A stretch of 64,000 bases of DNA from Malacoraja senta. Taxonomy: Eukaryota. Below the pieces are notes generated by a model. The model saw only the letters and a program-made list of their open reading frames with translations. It was not told where the DNA came from and made no database searches. The stretch lies in the NCBI GenBank assembly GCA_038087875.1, contig CM075992.1:11968001-12032000 (forward strand), given 5' to 3'. A program made the translations under genes and the position numbers. This document shows, piece by piece, positions 11,950-25,984 of this stretch (position 1 is the stretch's first letter; every line of letters begins with the position of its first letter).

Positions 11950-12280
11950 TTTGGTTTAGTGATGCAGCATGAAAACAGGCTCTTTAGTCCACCAAGACTA
12001 TGCTGACCATTGATCACTCATTCACATGAGTTCTGTTTTGTCCCACTTTCTCATTCTCTCCCTACACACGAGGGGAAATTTGCAAAGGGCCAATTCAACT
12101 GCAAACCTGCACATCGCTGGGATGAGGGAGGAAACCGGAGAAGCCAAAGTAATCCCACACAGTCACAGGGAGAACGTGCAAACTTCACACAGATGACACC
12201 CATGTCAGGATCGAACCTAGGTCTGGATCGAACCTCGTTCTCTGGCACCATGAGGCAGCAGCTCGACCAGCTGTGTCAAC
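11950..12280 (-). mobile_element. Diverged V-SINE (HE1-like)
   Basis: Reverse complement of B-box, V-domain and CR1-like tail. Confidence 0.75.
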
Positions 12281-12544
12281 CTAAATCCTTTCAGACTTTC
12301 TACATCTCTGGAGGATCAACCTCCAGCCTCCTATGCTCCAATGAATAAAGTCCTAGGCTTTTATTTGGTTCCTTCCCTTTACGTGAACCTTGTATTCCTC
12401 AACATTTCTTGGAGATCATTAGTATCCTCCTTTGCAAAGACAGTACAAAATTCTATCATTAATTGGTTTGCTATTTTTACACAGGAATGAACAATTGTGG
12501 TAAATCATCCACATGCTCTTGAAATGTCTACCCACTAACAACTC

Positions 12545-15440
12545 TTTATGGCAGCAAACGAGACTCCAGAATGGTGTGTTGCCTCCCAGGTGCCAGGATC
12601 CTGGATGTCTCTAAGTGGCTGCAGATCATTCTCAAGGGGGAGGATAAGCAGCTGGAAGCAGTGATTGTCTTCCACAATAGACATGGGTAGGAAAAGGGAT
12701 GAGGTCCTGTAGAATGTTTATAGGAAGTTAGGCAAAAGATTAAAAAGCAGGACCTACTCACCAGATTACTCCCGTGCCACATGTCAGTGAGGGTAGGAAC
12801 GGACAGATAGGACAGATGAATGCGTGGCTCAGGGGGCAGATGGCAGATTTTTAGACCATATTGATCTCTTTAGGGCAGACGTCACCTTTGCGAGCGGGAC
12901 AGGTTGCACCTGAACTGGATGGGACCTACATCCTTGTACTCAATATCCACGTGCTACTCAGGAGGGTTTAAATGAGAGAAGCAGTGGGGCTGGCACCAGA
13001 GTAGTAGGTCAGCATGTAGAAGGACTATGGGTAAGGTAGAGGTTATAACCAGCACGCCTCAAAGAAAGGACAAACGAAGAACAAAATGAGACAAAATGCT
13101 AAAGTAACTCGGTGGATAATGTAGCATTTCTGGAGAACATGGATAGGATCCCAACCTGAAATGTCTCCTATCCATGTTCTCCAGAGATACTGCCAGTCTT
13201 GCTGAGTTACTTCAGCTCCCTAGGTCCCTAAATAGCCAGCAGGACATAGTAGAACAAATATGAAGACGGAAAGATGCCAAACTCACAGGGTTATCTCAGT
13301 AGATGACTTTAACTTCCCCATATGGATTGGGACTTACTGAGTACCAATAGTTTAGACAGGGCAGAATTTGTGAGCTAGATCCACAATGGTTTCTTGAAAC
13401 AGTACATGGATAGTCCAGCCCGAGAAGAGAACATACTTTTCCATTATTTGGCGATCGCTTCGCCGAACACCTCCGCTAGGTTCGCAATAACCAATCTAAT
13501 CTCCCGGTGGCTCAGCACTTTAACTCCCCCTCCCATTCTGAATCCAACCTTTCTGTCCTGGGCCTCCTCCATGGCCAGAGTGAGGACCACCATAAATTGG
13601 AAGAGCAGCACCTCATATTTCGCTCGGGCAGTTTGCACCCCAGCGATATGAACATTGACTCCTCTAATTTCAGGTAGTCCTTACTTTCTCCTCCCCTTCT
13701 CAGCTCTCCCTCAGCCCTCTGGCTCCACCTCTTCCTTTCTCCCCCCCCCCTCCACTGTCACATCAGTCTGAAGAACGGTTTTGACCCGAAACGTTGCCTA
13801 TTTCCTTCGCTCCATAGATGCTGCCTTACCCGCTGAGTTTCTCCAGCATTTTTGTCTACTTTCGATTTTCCAGCATCTGCAGTTCCTTCTTAAACATACT
13901 TTTCCATGTGTTGGGAAAACAAACAGGCGAAGTGACTGGTGTTACGGTGGAAGAGCATTTTGGGGATATTGATCATGACTCCGTATGTTTTAGTTTGTTT
14001 TGTATAGGGATAAATTTGGACTTTGCTGTAAGGTTCTAAATTGGATTTGCACATTATGTTGTTATTAGACGGGAGCTCAGGAGGTAATATTGGAAGCAGT
14101 TGTTAGTAAGTCCACATTGACATGTGGCAGGCATTTAAAGGCCATTTGATTAAAGTTCAGGACCGGCATGTTCCAGTAAGCAGGAGGGATTGCAAAGTAA
14201 GAGAACTTAGTATGACTGAAGAGGTTGTAAATTGGATCAAAAGGAAAGAACAACTGTATGCAAGTTTAAGATGGAATTAAAGGAATTATTTAAAGGAATG
14301 TAAATCAAGGAGCAAAGAACTCAAGCAGGCAATTAGAAGGGCCAAAAGGGGCCACAAATTGATTTTGGCAAATCAGATTAAAGTAAACCCTACATTTTCT
14401 ACCTACATTTAAAAACAAGGGTCAGCAGGGATTAGGTTGGGCCACTCAAGGATAAGGGAGGGAACTTGTACTTGGTCATGGGTCAGGTAAATAAACAAGT
14501 ATATTGCATCTCTTTACACCAAAGACATGGAGGATCAGTGTGGAGAATACTAATATGCAAGAGCAGTTTGTGATCAAGAAAGAGGAGGTGTTGGGAATCT
14601 TAAAGACCATTAAGGTGCATGAATACCCAGGGCCTGATAGGATTTATCCCAGGTTATTGAAAGCAACAAGAGGGCAGGAACCTTGACAAAGATCTTTGCA
14701 TCTTCTCCAAGCACAGACGACATCCCAGAAGACTGAAGGGTCACTAATGTTGTTCCTTTGTGTAAGAAGGGAAATAGAGAGAATCCAGGGAGTTTAGCTC
14801 AATAAGCCTCACATCAGCGAGGAAGATATTGGAGAGAATTTCTCAGTAACAGATTTACACCCATTTGGAAGAGAATGGGTAAGATAGACAGTCAGCGTGG
14901 CTTTGTTCATGCTAGATTGTGTCTTACTAACTTGATGTAGTCTTTTGTGGAGTTGATAAAGATGATTAATGGGGGTAGAGCAGTGGTTGTTGTCTACATG
15001 GATTTTAGTAAGGCATTTGATAAAGGTCCCATGGTTTGTTGATTCAGAACATTATGATGCATGGGATAAACAGTGACTTGGTCATATGGATTCAGAACTG
15101 CCTTACAGATAGAAGACAGAGGACTGTGGTGGAAACACAATATTCAGGTTGGAGGTCTGTGACAAGTGGAGTCCCACAGGGATCTGTTCTGGGACCTATG
15201 CTGTTTGTGATATATATAAATGACTTGGATGTGAATGTTATTGGGTATTTAGTAAATTTGCAGATGACACCAAGATTGCAGGGGTCACAGACTAAGGAAG
15301 GCTGTCAAAGTATACAGTGGGATATAGATCAGCTACAGGGATCTGCGGAGAAATGGCAGACGGAAATATCAAATACTGGAGGGCGTATCTTTAAGGTGAG
15401 AGAAGCAAAGTTTAAAGGAGATGCGTGTGGCAAGTTTTGT
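12545..15440 (+). mobile_element. Old CR1 LINE (ORF1 remnant plus ORF2), interrupted by Penelope pieces
   Basis: VCCLPGARI-type ORF1 remnant, PGPD motif, SGVPQGSVLGPMLFVIYINDLD (ORF 15036-15578); many stops and frameshifts. Confidence 0.8.
13447..13897 (+). mobile_element. Penelope-like 3' fragment with pLTR
   Basis: Homologous to 6825-7276; hammerhead-like core at 13768-13795. Confidence 0.85.
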
Positions 15441-15719
15441 GCCCGAAACACATTCCACCTTGTTACAGCTCTTGCACTTTTTCTTGGCTGCACTTTCTCT
15501 ATAGCTGTAACATTATATTCAGCACTCTGTTTTCTTTCTCTTTTTGCACCACCTGTTGTACCTATGTATGTGATTTGACTGGATAACCCATGATACACCG
15601 ATATACATCGTATATCAGCACATGTGATATAGTTTATTAGTGGCACAGTGGCACGACTGACAGAGCTGCTGATTCACAGCGCCAGGAACCTGAGTTTGAT
15701 CCTGGCCTCGGGCACTGTC

Positions 15720-16300
15720 TGCTGGTTGCTAACCATTTTAACTCCCCTTCCCATTTCCATACTGACCTGTCCTGGGCCTCCTCCATTGCCAGAGTGAGGC
15801 CATGTGCAAACTGGAGGAACAGCATCTCGTATATGGCTTTAACTTACAATCCAATGGCATGAACATTGTGTTCTCCAATATGAGGTAACTAATCCAAAAA
15901 AAATCCTTTCCCTTTTTCTCGCCCCTTTTATTCCCCCTCTCTTCCCTGTGTCCAAGCTGGATTCTCACCTATTTCTCCACCTCTGTCCCCTTCCATCTAT
16001 ACACCTTTCTATGGATTTATCATTCAACCTTTTCTATCCTCATCTCACATTGTTTGCCTTTTCATGCCTGGCCTTTGTCCAATCATCTGTCAATCAGCCC
16101 CCTCCCCACTTGTATCTACATATCACTTGCCAGGCTTTGTCCTGCCCCAAATCCTCTTCCAGCTTTCTTCCACCCCCACCCCCCACACAACAACCACCCG
16201 AAATGTCACCTGTACCTGTTCTCCAGTGATGCTACCTGGTCTGCTGAGTTACTCCAGCACTTTGTGTCTTTTTCGATCAGCCAGCATCTGCAGTTCCTGA
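15720..16300 (+). mobile_element. Diverged Penelope-like 3' fragment
   Basis: gttgctaaccattttaactcc...ctggaggaacagcatctc, plus pLTR end ccagcatctgcagttcc. Confidence 0.7.
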
Positions 16301-17426
16301 ATGGCGGATGGTATGGATGGTTCAACGCGTATCCATGACGCCAAGATGGGGAAAGCTGAGGCAAGGTCAGGGTACCTCACTCTGCCTCAAGATTCCCAGT
16401 CTCCCTACCTTCAATCACCAGGTATCTCTAATCCTATCAAAGGAAGACTGCTCATTCCAGAATCGCATTGCCTCAAGAGCCAGTGTCTCAGCAATGGAAG
16501 CTTGGACAAAGCCAGATCGCACCAAAGCCTTCGATTGTGAAAAGACCAAGAAAATTGTTCTATTTCTCTTGTGATAAATATTTGAATGAGAGTGAAACAT
16601 GAGGTGGTCCAGAAGGCACGAGAGATCACAGATGCTGGAATCTTGCACAAAAAAAGGAGAGTTGTCAGTGGGTCAGGCAGCATCTCTGGTGGAAAATGGA
16701 CAGGTCTGACCTTCATGTGGGCAGAAAGAATAGAAGGGAGATAGCCACTGCAAAGAGTGGGGGAGGGCTTGGGGCAAATGTGGCAAGTGATAGGTGGATA
16801 CAGATGAGGAAGTGTTAATTAGCAGATGGAGTGAGGTGGGAAAGGAAGGGTGGAAATAGAGACAGGGGGTGATGTGGAAACAAGAAAGGCTGCGGATTCT
16901 GGAATTTGATAGGAAAGCAAGGTGAAGAGTGAATCAATATGGGAAGAGTAGTGGGGGATGGGAACAACGGAAGGAGGAGGGGGTCCACTGGGAGGGATGT
17001 GGTGATGGCCAGGTGGGGTAAGTGGGGGGTATTGTGAGAAGCAGGGGAGGCAAGACTCCTTGTAATGACATAACACCCTTCACAAAAAACAGAAAGAATC
17101 TAAGTTTGCTGATGTAGAATGTGGGAGTAACAGAGGAGCAGAGAGGCAGCGGCTTTGTCCGTTTAGGCCTGGGCTGAGGAAAGGTCCCTTTGCTCAGAGG
17201 GTTGTGAGTCTACTTGTTCCTCACTGTGGAGCCACAGTTGTTGAGGACACACCAGGCTGACATTGTGAATGTTGATTGAATCAAGGGATGGTGGAGATGG
17301 AGGGACAGGTCACGATAGGACCAGGAATGATCAGCTGTGGAGTGTGAGGGCTAGCATGGCAACAGACCACTCATCCCTTCTTGGTTTTTATTAAAGCATG
17401 GATCTTTTTTCTCCTCCTCCATCCAG

Positions 17427-17579
17427 ATGAAGATGAATGTATTGGAATTTTTGCACAAACAGTGTGTGGCCCCAACACTGATTGTCACAACACAGTGGGA
17501 AGCTACTACTGTACCTGTAAGGCAGGATATTTCCACCTGAGCAAACAACGTAACTTCACAGACAGCAGACGCTGCGAAG
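17427..17579 (+). CDS. ADGRE-like exon: calcium-binding EGF domain ([51 protein letters not shown])
   Basis: Six-cysteine cbEGF pattern with D-x-D-E-C and N-T-x-G-S-Y-x-C-x-C; acceptor ctccatccag|, donor |gtgggt; 153 nt, phase 1-1. Confidence 0.92.
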
Positions 17580-17718
17580 GTGGGTGGTGACACTAATATT
17601 TTTGTATTTAATACTTTACTGTTTTGCCTCACTGGGAGCCTGTGCTTTGAACTTAGCATGAATGGGAAGAGGCAAGGCCATAGCAGCTGGTTTCAGGTAC
17701 ATAGAGGAGTATGGAAAT

Positions 17719-20700
17719 CAATAGACAACAGACAATAGACAATAGGTGCAGGAGTAGGCCATTCGCCCTACGAGCCAGCACTGCCATTTAATATGATCAT
17801 GGCTGATCATCCTCTATCAATACCCTGTTCCTGCTTCTCCTCATATGCCCTGAATACGCTATCTTTAAGAGCCCTATCTAGCTCTCTCTTGAAAGTATCC
17901 ACAGAACAGGCCTCCACCGCCCTCTGAGGCAGAGAATTCCACAGACTCACAACTCTCTGTGAGGAAAAAGTGTTTCCTCGTTTCCGTTCTGAATGGCTTG
18001 CCCCTTATTCTGAAACTGTGGCCCCTGGTTCAGGACTCCCCCAACATGGGGAACATGTTTCCTGCCTCTAGCGTGTCCAAACCCTTAATAATCTTACATG
18101 TTTCAATAAGATCTCCTCTCATCCTTCTAAATTCCAGAGTATACAAGCCCAGCCGCTCAATTCTCTCAGCATATGACAGTCCCGCCATCCCAGGAATTAA
18201 CCTTGTAAACCTACGCTGCACTCCCTCAATAGCAAGAATGTCCTTCCTCAAATTAGGGGACCAAAACTACACACAATACTCCAGGTGTGGTCTCACTAGG
18301 GCCCTATACAACTGCAGAAGGACCTCTTTGCTCCTATCAAGTCAAGTCACATTTATTTATATAGCACGTTTAAAAAACCAACTCTCGTTGGCCAAAGTGC
18401 TTTACATTTGTTATAAGAATAGCACAAACAAAACAAACTACATACATATATACATATAGCCCTCACTCAGAGGACGTCAGGAAAGGCTTGGGAGTATAGA
18501 TAAGTCTTTAGTCTTGAATTAAAAGAGTCGATGGAGGGGGCAGTTCTGATGGGAAAGGGGATGCTGTTCCACAGTCTAGGGGCTGCAACCGCAAAGGCGC
18601 GGTCGCCCCTGACCTAATGCCTAGACCGTGGGATATTCAGCAACCCAAGTCCGCCGATCTGAGGGGCCTGGAGGTGGAGTGGTGGGTGAGAAGACTTTTT
18701 ATGTAGGTAGGGGCAAGCCCATTGAGGGCTTTGTCGACATAGAGGAGGATCTTGAAGTTTATACGGAACCGCACAGGAGCCAGTGGAGAGAGGCCAGGAT
18801 CGGGGTGATGTGGTCCCTTTTTCGGGTGCCCGTCAGGAGTCTCGCTGCGGCGTTTTGGACCAGTTGCAGGCGGGCAGGGAAGATTGGCTGATGGCAGTGT
18901 AAAGGGAGTTGCAGTAATCTAGGCGGGAGAGATGAATGTGTGGATGATCTTTTCGAGGTCATCAAACTGGAGGAATTGATTTATTTTAGCTATCGTCCGA
19001 AGCTGAAAGAAGCTAGCTTTTACCACGGCATTGACTTGTTTGTCAAATTTCAGTGCTGAGTCAAATATCAGGCCAAGGTTTTTGACGTGAGGTTTGAGTA
19101 GTGGGGTAAGGCTTCCAAGGCTGCCTGCTATCATTTTGATTGAGTCCGAGGGGCCGAGAAGGATGACCTCAGACTTACTCTCGTTTAGTTGGAGGAAGTA
19201 CTGGGCCATCCAACACTTTATATCCTCGAGGCAGTGGGTAAGGTTAAACAGATTTGATTGGTTTTTGGGCTTCAGGGGGAGATAGAGTTGTGTATCGTCT
19301 GCATAGCAATGGAAGGAAATGCCGTGCCTTTCAATGACTTGGCCTAAGGGGAGCATATACAGGGAGAAGAGAATGGGGCCAAGGATGGAACCTTGTGGAA
19401 CCCCACAGCAGAGATTAACTGGGAGGAGAATGAGTTGCCTATGTTAGTCGAGAAACTCCTACCATCAATACCAACCCCATACCGGAGACGGTCAATTAGG
19501 ATGGTGTGGTCGACAGTATCAAATGCTGCGCTGAGGTCAAGAAGGAGCAGAATTGCACAGTCAACGGTGAGCAGTAGGTCATTATGTACCTTCAGCAAGG
19601 CAGACTCTGTGCTATGGTGAGCACTGAAACCTGATTGGAAAGTTTCCAAGATAGTTTTTTGGCGAAGGTAAGGTATAAGTTGACTTAAAATTACCTTTTC
19701 AAGGGCTTTTGAGAGGAAAGGCATTTTAGAAATGGGTCTGTAGTTGCTTGGCAAGGTGGGGTCGACGTTAGGTTTTTTCAGGAGTGGCTGGACCACTGCA
19801 TGCTTGAAGCAGGTAGGTACAGTGCCAGTGGCCAGAGAACTGTTGAAGATGGCGAGGATGCTGGGACCAGCTGTTGTAATGACATCCTTTAGGAGGGCAG
19901 AGGGGACAGTGTCGAGGGGCAGGTAGTAGGTTTCATGGTGGTGATCAGTTTTACAAGGGAGGGTAGAGTAACGGTTTGGAAACAATCTAATTTTGAAGAA
20001 CAGACCAATGAGACAGCCAGGTCACGGGTGGGAGGGGAAATATTCGTTCTTATGTTCTTTACCTTGCTGTTGAAAAATGTGGTAAATTCCTCGCACTTAG
20101 CAGGGGACCCAGTTAGGCTGGTGCTGGTGGCAGGACAGATGATGGAGGTGATGGTGCTAAAAAGGACCTTGGAATTTTGCGCGTTTTTGGAGATAAGGGT
20201 GGAAAATATTTAGTTCTTGAAGATTTTACTGATTCCTGGTATTTGTGAAGATTATTTTTCAGGAGTTCAAAGGAAATTGAAGCATCAGATTTGTGTTTTC
20301 GGAAATTTTAAGCTTATCTATACTCAACTCCTCTTGTTATAAAGGCCAACATGCCATTTGCTTTCTTCACTGCCTGCTGCACTTGCATGCTTACCTTCAT
20401 TGACTGATGAACAAGGACCCCCCAGATCCTGTTGTACTTCCCCTTTTCCAACTTGACACCATTTAGATAGTAATCTGCCTTCCTGTTTTGCTACCAAAGT
20501 GGATAACCTCACATTTATCCACATTAAACTACATCTGCCATGCATCTGCCCACTCGCTCAACTGTCCAAGTCACCCTGCATTCTCATAGCATCCTCCTCA
20601 CAGTTCACACTGCCACCCAGCTTTGTGTCATTTGCAGATATGCTAATGTTACTTTGAATCCCTTCATCTAAATCATTGATGTATATTGTAAATAGCTGCG

Positions 20701-21669
20701 GTCCCAGCACCGAGCCTTGCGGTACCCCACTAGTCATTGCCTGCCATTCTGCCATTGACCCGTTAATCCATACACTTTGTTTCCTGTCTGCCAACCAATT
20801 TTCTATCCATGTCAGCACTCTACCCCGAATACCATGTGCCCTAATTTCTCCCACTAATCTCCTATGTAGGACCTTATCAAATGCTTTCTGAAATTCCAGG
20901 TACACTACATCCACTGGCTCACCCTTGTCCATTTTCCTGGTTACATCCTAAAAAAATTCCAGAAGATTAGTCAAGCATGATTTCCTCTTCGTAAATCCAT
21001 GCTGACTCGGACCGATCCTGTTACTGCTATCCAAATGTGCCGCTATTTCAACTTTTATAATTGACTCCAGCATCTTCTCCACCACCGATGTCAGGCTAAC
21101 TGGTCTCTAATTCCCTGTTTTCTCTCTCCCACCTTTCTTAAGAAGTGGGATAGCATTAGCTACCATCATATCCACAGGAACTGATCCTTAATCTATAAAA
21201 CTCTGGAAAATTATCACCAATGCATCCACGATTTCTAGAGCCACTCCCTTAAGTACCCTGGGATGCAGACCAGCAGGCCCCTGGGGATTTATCAGCCTTC
21301 AGTCCCATCAGTCTACCCAACACCATTTCCTGCCTAATGTGGATTTCCTTCAGGTCCTCTGTCACCCCAGATCCTCTGGCCACTAGTATATCAAGAAGAT
21401 TGTTTGTGTCCTCCTTAGTGAAGATGGATCCAAAGTACCTGTTTAACTCATCTGCCATTTACTTGTTCCCCATAATAAATTCACCTTTTTTCAGTCTTCA
21501 AGGGTCCAACTTTGGTCTTAACTAATTTTTTCTTCTTTACATACCTAAAGAAGCTTTTACTATCCTCCTTTATATTCTTGGCTAGCTTACCTTCGTACCT
21601 CATCTTTTCTCCCCGTATTGCCTTATTAGTTCTCTTCTGTTGCTCTTTAGACATTACCCAATCCTCTTG
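17719..21669 (-). mobile_element. CR1 LINE ORF2 with (ATTGTCT)n tail, interrupted by an L2 and cut by the gap
   Basis: ORFs 18030-18251, 20558-20932 ([23 protein letters not shown]) and 21249-21458; sequence is continuous across the L2 insertion. Confidence 0.92.
18338..20317 (-). mobile_element. 5'-truncated L2-clade LINE nested in CR1
   Basis: YRPISKMPFLSK, LLDLSAAFDTVDH, FHCYADDTQLY, RLQLVQNAAARLL..DHITP; (CTTGA)n tail; 'ctat' on both sides. Confidence 0.92.
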
Positions 21670-21869
21670 NNNNNNNNNNNNNNNNNNNNNNNNNNNNNNN
21701 NNNNNNNNNNNNNNNNNNNNNNNNNNNNNNNNNNNNNNNNNNNNNNNNNNNNNNNNNNNNNNNNNNNNNNNNNNNNNNNNNNNNNNNNNNNNNNNNNNNN
21801 NNNNNNNNNNNNNNNNNNNNNNNNNNNNNNNNNNNNNNNNNNNNNNNNNNNNNNNNNNNNNNNNNNNNN
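21670..21869. other. Assembly gap (200 N)
   Basis: Run of N; the flanks belong to different TE families (CR1 left, Penelope right), so the true gap size is unknown. Confidence 0.99.
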
Positions 21870-23130
21870 GGTCGGAGAACTGGGAAGGGGGGAAGGATGG
21901 AGAGAGAAGGAAGGCAAAGGTTATTTGAAGTTAGAGAAGTCAATATTCATACTGCTGGGGTGTAAGATGCCCAAGTGAAATCTGAGTTTTTGTTCCTGTC
22001 ATTTGTGCTGGGCCTCACTATGACAATGGAGGAGGCCCAGGACAGAAAGGTCAGTGTGGGAATGGGAGGGAGAGTTAAAGTGTTGAGGAACCGGGAGATC
22101 AGGTAGGTTTAGGTGGACTGAGCGGAGATGTTCAGTGAAATGATCGGCGAGTCTGCGCTTGGTCTCATCGATATATACGAGTCCACACAAGTGAACCTCT
22201 GCCTCACCTGAAAAGATTGTCGGGGTCCTAGGATGGAGTCGAGGGGGGGTATAGGGACAGGTGTTGCATCTCCTGCAGTTGCAGGGGAAGGTAACTGGGG
22301 AGGGGTTGGTTTGGTTGGGAAGGGACGAGTTAACCAGGGTGTTGCGGAGGGAATGGTGTATGTGGAAAGCGGAAAGGGGTGGAGATGGGAAGATGTGGCT
22401 ATTGGTGAGATCACATAGGAGGTGGTGAAAATGCCCGAGGATTATGTGCTGTTTATGTGACGGCTGTTGGGGTAAAATGTGAGGACTAGGGGGCTCTGTC
22501 CCTGTTGCAACTGGGAGGGGGGGGGGGGGTAGCAAGAGCGGAAATGCAGGATATTGAGGAGACTCAGCAATGATTAAAGAGAGGAACCCCCGTTCCCTGA
22601 AGAATGAGGACATCTCAGATCTCCTGGTATGGAACACCTAATCTTGGGCGCAGATACGGTGTAGACGGAGGAATTGGGAGTAGGGGATAGAGTCTCTACA
22701 TGAAGCTGGGTGAGAAAAGTGTAGTCTAGATAGCTGTGGGAGTCAGTGGGTTCACACTAAATGTCTGCTGATAGTTTATCTCCTACAATGGAATCAGTGA
22801 GATCAGGAAATGGTTGGGAGATGTCATAGATGGTCCAAGTAAATTTGAGTGGACGATGGAAATGAGTAGTAATGTAGTCAGTGAGTTCTGCATGGGTGCA
22901 GGAGGTAGCACCGATGTAGTCATCAATGTAGCAGAGAGAGTTCAGGGACAGGGCCAGTGTACGGCAGGAACAGGATTGTTCAACGTACCCTACAAAGAGG
23001 CAGGCATAGCTGGAGCCCATGCAGGTGCCCATGGCTACGCCTTGGATTTGGAGGAAGTGGGAGGAGTTGAAGAAGAAGTTATTAAGAGTAAGGACCAGCT
23101 CTGCTATGCGAAGGAGTGTGTTGGTGGAGG
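21870..23130 (-). mobile_element. Degraded Penelope-like element
   Basis: MGTCMGSSYACLFVGYVE and YIDD (ORF 22757-23032); CNCRRCNTC and YIDETKRRL (ORF 21999-22637). Confidence 0.9.
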
Positions 23131-23294
23131 GAAATTGATATTCTACATGTAAAAAAAGACTTTAATATAAATAACAAAACAAATTCCAGCAAGGAGGATG
23201 TTTGAGATTACAAACTAGAGGCAGTAATAGTGCCACAAAGACAGCTTTATGAATTGCTAGATTAAAAACAAACCATCAGAAGTTGTCTTTACTA

Positions 23295-24107
23295 AGCACA
23301 TAAACCCTCCAACATTTTCGCCCCCTCCAACTGGATCCCGCTACTGGCCACATCTTCCCATCTCCACCCCTTTCTGCTTTCCACAGAGACTGTTCCCTCT
23401 GAAACTCCCTGGTCAACTCGTCCCTTTCCATCCAAACCACCCTCTCCCGAGAAACTTTCCCCTGCATCCGAAGGAGATGCAACACCTGTCCCTTTACCTC
23501 CCCCCACATCTCCATCCAAGGACCCAAACAGTCTTTCCTGGTGAGGCAGAGGTTCACTTGCACCTCCTCCAACCTCATATACTGTATCCACTGTTACAGA
23601 TGTGAACTTCTCTATATCAGCGAGACCAAGCGCAGGCTCGGCGATCAGGTGTTTCGCTGAACACCTCCGCTCAGTCCGTCTAAACCTACCTGATCTCCCG
23701 GTGGCTCAGTACTTCAACTTCCCCTCCCATTCCCAATCTGACCTTTCTGTCCTGGGCCTCCTTCATTGTCAGAGTGAGGCCCAGCGCAAATTGGAGGAAC
23801 ATCACCTCATATTTTGCTTGGGTAGCTTACACCCCAGCAGTATGAACATTGACTTCTCCAACTTCAGATAGCCCTTGCTTTCCCTCTCTCTCCCCTCCCC
23901 TTCCCAGTTCTCCCACTAGTCTTACTGTTTCCGACAACATTCTATCTTTGTCCTGCCCCCTCCCGAGACAGCAGTCTGAAGAAGTGTCTCGACCTGAAAT
24001 GTCACCCATTCCTTCTCTCCAGTGATGCTGCCTGTACCGTTGAGTTACTCCAGCATTTTGTGTCTACCTTCGATTTAAACCAGCATCTGCAGTTCTTTCC
24101 TACACAT
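23295..24107 (+). mobile_element. Penelope-like 3' fragment with pLTR
   Basis: GIY-YIG region NLIYCIHC..LYISETKRRLG; ORF end SMNIDFSNFR; hammerhead-like core at 23976-24003. Confidence 0.88.
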
Positions 24108-24269
24108 AAATCCCCATGCTCTGTTACTTGGTTTGATGTTGAGAGCTTGGATTGGTCAGTCTTATTTCTACCACAGTGTCTCCCTACAAGTAACTGTATT
24201 CAATGTTTGCCCTTCCTGTTGACAGAAATTAAATCCAATCCAATCTCAAATATCCAAAGTTCACACTAA

Positions 24270-24735
24270 CCATTGGTCATCCATTCACATTAGTTTTATG
24301 CTATCCTACTTTTGCATCCACTCCCTACACACCAGGGGCAATGTATGAAGACCGATTAACATGGAACATTCAACAATACAACACAAGAGAGACCCTTTGG
24401 CCCACAATGTCTGCATTGAACATGATGCCAAGACACTTATCTGTCTGCACATAATTCATATCCCTCCATTCCCTGCATATCCATGTGCCTATGTAAAAGT
24501 CTCTTAAATGCCATCTTTGTGTCTGCCTCCACCACCACCACCCTCAGCAGTAAACTACAACCTATAAACCTACAAACTTACATATCTTTGCAATATTGGA
24601 AATAGCAGGAGCACCCAGAGGAAACTCACACAGTCACAGGAAGAACGGAAAACTCCACACAGACAGCACCCGGGGTCAGGATCGAACCTGGGTCTCTGGT
24701 GCTGTGAGGAAGCAACTCTACCAGCTGCACCAAAG
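24270..24735 (-). mobile_element. V-SINE (HE1-like), interrupted by a CR1 3' piece
   Basis: Reverse-complement B-box (ggatcgaacc) and V-domain at 24560-24730. Confidence 0.7.
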
Positions 24736-24999
24736 TGCGATGCATTAGCATTATTTTCAAAATCAGAGATCATCCAGTCACAACAAGAATGAGAAGAAAT
24801 TTCTTCAAGCGGTAGGTCATCACCCTCAGAGGTTCCTGTCTAATGAAGGCTGTGACTGGTCAGGTCCAGAGGGATGTTGCTGCTAGATTGTGTCTCCGTG
24901 AATAGTGAACGGATCAATGCGAGGGATCAACCTTGTTCTCCATCTCATCTACCTGTTCACAATAGCATTGGTACAAGTGACCAACACTGTCCTTGTGGA

Positions 25000-25980
25000 G
25001 ATTGTCATATACATCAATGATCTGGATGATGGTGTGGTAACTTGGATTAGTAAGTATGCAGATGATACTAAGATAGGTGGCATTGTGGATAATGAAGTAG
25101 ATTTTCAAAGTCTACAGAGCGATTTAGGCCATTTGGAAAAGTGGGCTGAAAGATGGCAGATGGAGTTTAATGCTGATAAGTGTGAAGTGCTACATCTTGG
25201 CAAGACAAATCAAAATAGGACGTACATGGTAAATGGTAGCGAATTGAGGAATGCAGTTGAACAGAGGGATCTAGGAATAACTGTGCATAGTTCCCTGAAG
25301 GAGGAATCTCATGTAGAATAGTGGTAAAGAAAGCTTTTGGTGTGCTGGCCTTTATAAATCAGAGCATTGAGTATAGAAGTTGGGATGTAATGTTAAAATT
25401 GTACAAGGCATTGGTGAGGCCAATTCAGGAGTATGGTGCACAATTGTGGTCGCCAAATTATAGGAAAGATGTCAACAAAATAGAGAGAGTACAGAGGAGA
25501 TTTACTAGAATGTTGCCTGGGTTTCAGCAACTAAGTTACAGAGAAAGGTTGAACAAGTTAGGTCTTTATTCTTTGGAGCGCAGAAGGTTAAGGGGGGACT
25601 TGATAGAGGTCTTTAAAATGACGAGAGGCATAGACAGAGTTGACGTGGATAAGCTTTTTCCATTGAGAGTAGGGAAGATTCAAACCAGAGCATATGATTT
25701 GAGAATTAAGGGACAGATGTTTAGGGGTAACACGAGGGGGAACTTCTTTACTCAGAGAGTGGTAGCTGTGTGGAATGAGCTTCCAGTGGAAGTGGTGGAG
25801 GCAGGTTTGATTTTATCATTTAAATATAAATTGAATAGGTATATGGACGGGAAAGGAATGGAGGGTTATGGTCTGAATGCAGGTAGATGGGACTAGGGGA
25901 GAATAAGTGTCCAGCACGGACTAGAAGGGCCGAGATGGCCTGTTTCCGTGCTGTAATTGTTATATGGTTATATGATTATA
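25000..25980 (+). mobile_element. CR1 LINE 3' portion with (TTATATGG)-like tail
   Basis: YINDLDDG..KYADDTK; ORF 25321-25896 ends GNFFTQRVVAVWNELP. Confidence 0.92.
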
Positions 25981-25984
25981 ACTG

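Noticed and set aside
16301..16574. Overlapping 79-88 aa ORFs in non-repetitive-looking sequence
   Set aside because: No recognisable motif or exon boundaries; this length is expected by chance.
21512..21978. ORFs containing long X runs
   Set aside because: Artefacts of the 200-N gap.
24830..24890. FLSNEGCDWSGPEGCCC resembling the GPS 'WSxxGC' motif
   Set aside because: Followed immediately by a stop; no C-x-C-x-HL-[ST] motif and no convincing splice sites.
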